DNA of 64,000 bases from Isurus oxyrinchus (taxonomy: Eukaryota), in assembly GCA_026770705.1 (NCBI GenBank), contig JANJGN010000035.1, positions 6,820,001 to 6,884,000 of the forward strand, in the 5' to 3' direction. Both the position numbers and the translations under genes were made by a program. Within the stretch, counting starts at the first letter, position 1. Every line of letters starts with the position of its first letter. Below the pieces are notes generated by a model. That model was not told the DNA's origin, made no database searches, and saw only the letters and a list, made by a program, of their open reading frames with translations. This document shows positions 62,701 to 64,000 of the stretch, piece by piece.

Positions 62701-64000
62701 GGCACAGATCGGAGAATGATATGTAAAACATAATATTATTCTGCATTATAGTGAACATTTAAAGTTAATGTAACAATTTATTATTACCAATAAGAATGCG
62801 CATGTAATCGAAGATATTTGTTTGGCGTTGCAGTTCTAATTAGCCAAAATGTATTAGAAGTAATATATTGGAGGCAGATATAGGTGAACCGTTGGAATGC
62901 TAATGAAACATTTTTTAATTAGCAAAAATGTTGTGCCAATTGAATAGCGAGTGAATAAAACTACGAGTGATGCTTTTATGATGGACAGAATAATGAACCA
63001 GAGCTGTTTCAAACCATGGCTTCTGTTTCTGATGAGGACAGAAGAATAGCTGACACGAGGTACTAAAGAGCGCTACTTTTAGTCCACGGCACGACAACAG
63101 ATTATGTTTGGGACAAAATAATCGTTTAAAATTAGTGTTTGAGAGGCATAAGAACAGAAAGGGGAAATATAAGAAATTGTTCTATTTCCAGATGCACAAT
63201 ATTACCAGAAGTCCAATGTTGCATATAACAATTTGCAATTTGCAGATCACTTACTTCAGGAAAATATGGTTTGACCCCGTTAAGCAAGATTTTTTTATGT
63301 AAAACAATAAAAGTATGGAGAGTGCTAATGTGGGCAAATGCCCGCTCAGTTCTAACTACGCCAAACATACCTCATTTTCTTTCTGCATTTGCACATTGAT
63401 AGACTTTGGAGTTACACTTCTATCATCCACAGATTCTTCACTTTTTTGAAGATGATTGGAGATTTGTGATCCCGTGAGTTCGAAATGCAGAGTGTCAGCA
63501 ACTTTCTCATCACCTCATGCAAATCCAGTATTGTTATCTCCTTTAAAGTATCTATTGAAAAAACGCACGGGAGTATTTGAAATCTTCTATGATACTTTTG
63601 CTGATATACTTATAACTCTCAGGCAATTCATTCAAATAATTCATAAATAAAGATCACAAGTCAATTTAATAGCTTTTGGCCAATTCAAATTGTATGCTTC
63701 CGTTTAGATATTTTACCCACAAGTTGATCTGCATATCGACTCTATGTTATTTAGAATAACATAACCATCACTTTAATGACATGGAATGCACAGCATATGC
63801 CCTTATGCAGTCGCTGAATGATCACAAGCAAGCTATTGGATAAATGTTCACATAAGATCCAAATAATTATCAGCAAAGCTGAGAAATTAGTCTGTGCCAG
63901 ATGGAATAAAATGCACTGAGGGAGGAAGTCCACCAGTGACGTTATGATATAATATAGATCGTGTTAAGGAAAATGGTAAAGCTTATTTGCATCACTTTGA

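Larger units (their letters stand above)
41730..63891 (-). pseudogene. Array of degenerate CARD-like exons, putative 5' part of the NLR gene (extends to near the window edge)
   Basis: Helix-1-like starts: NFVTNHKHSLFQ (~56005-56043), QFL*NNQMQPVK (~59095-59130), WFLSNNFMQRVK (~45797-45832), DFV*K (~54520-54533), FVFQYFYDALQFSLSLLVPILEMIF (43453-43700). Helix-5/6-like ends: QMRNLLTLINEK (exon 55401-55570), AEKLLKLVVELGGK/FLDVLKHV (from 42064), MKKGS...C*HFEHLKQ (~62045-62097). Most have plausible AG and/or GT boundaries; all are broken. Confidence 0.55.

Noticed and set aside
1-64000. rRNA, true tRNA genes or prokaryotic/viral operons
   Set aside because: None seen; tRNA-like pieces are degenerate SINE heads.

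Overview
This is AT-rich, repeat-dense eukaryotic DNA, most likely from a cartilaginous fish (inferred from the Penelope-like, CR1 and Deu-type SINE repeats and the style of the NLR sequence). I see no intact protein-coding gene, RNA gene or CRISPR array. Hand translation across frameshifts shows a decayed innate-immune cluster on the minus strand. (i) A NACHT-LRR (NLR) pseudogene has its NACHT exon at ~24850-26534 and LRR/terminal exons at ~21897-21983, ~21203-21395 and ~14155-14240. (ii) Upstream, at ~41.7-63.9 kb, lies a long series of degenerate CARD-like exons, part of it in a segmental duplication, suggesting a many-CARD NLR. (iii) Only ~280 bp downstream of the NLR stop is an apparently full-length, divergent SAMD9/SAMD9L-like pseudogene (SAM, AlbA_2, SIR2-like, STAND NTPase, TPR, OB-like; ~13870 to 3440), followed by a second truncated SAMD9-like paralog (~2660 to 840). 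Mobile elements fragment the locus: tandem Gmr1-like gypsy copies with integrase before RT, a gypsy LTR-gag-pro remnant, converging ERV remnants, Penelope-like elements (one a hairpin with a TSD and a variant hammerhead motif), CR1 LINEs and SINEs. All protein calls come from motif recognition by eye, not database searches, and most boundaries are approximate.
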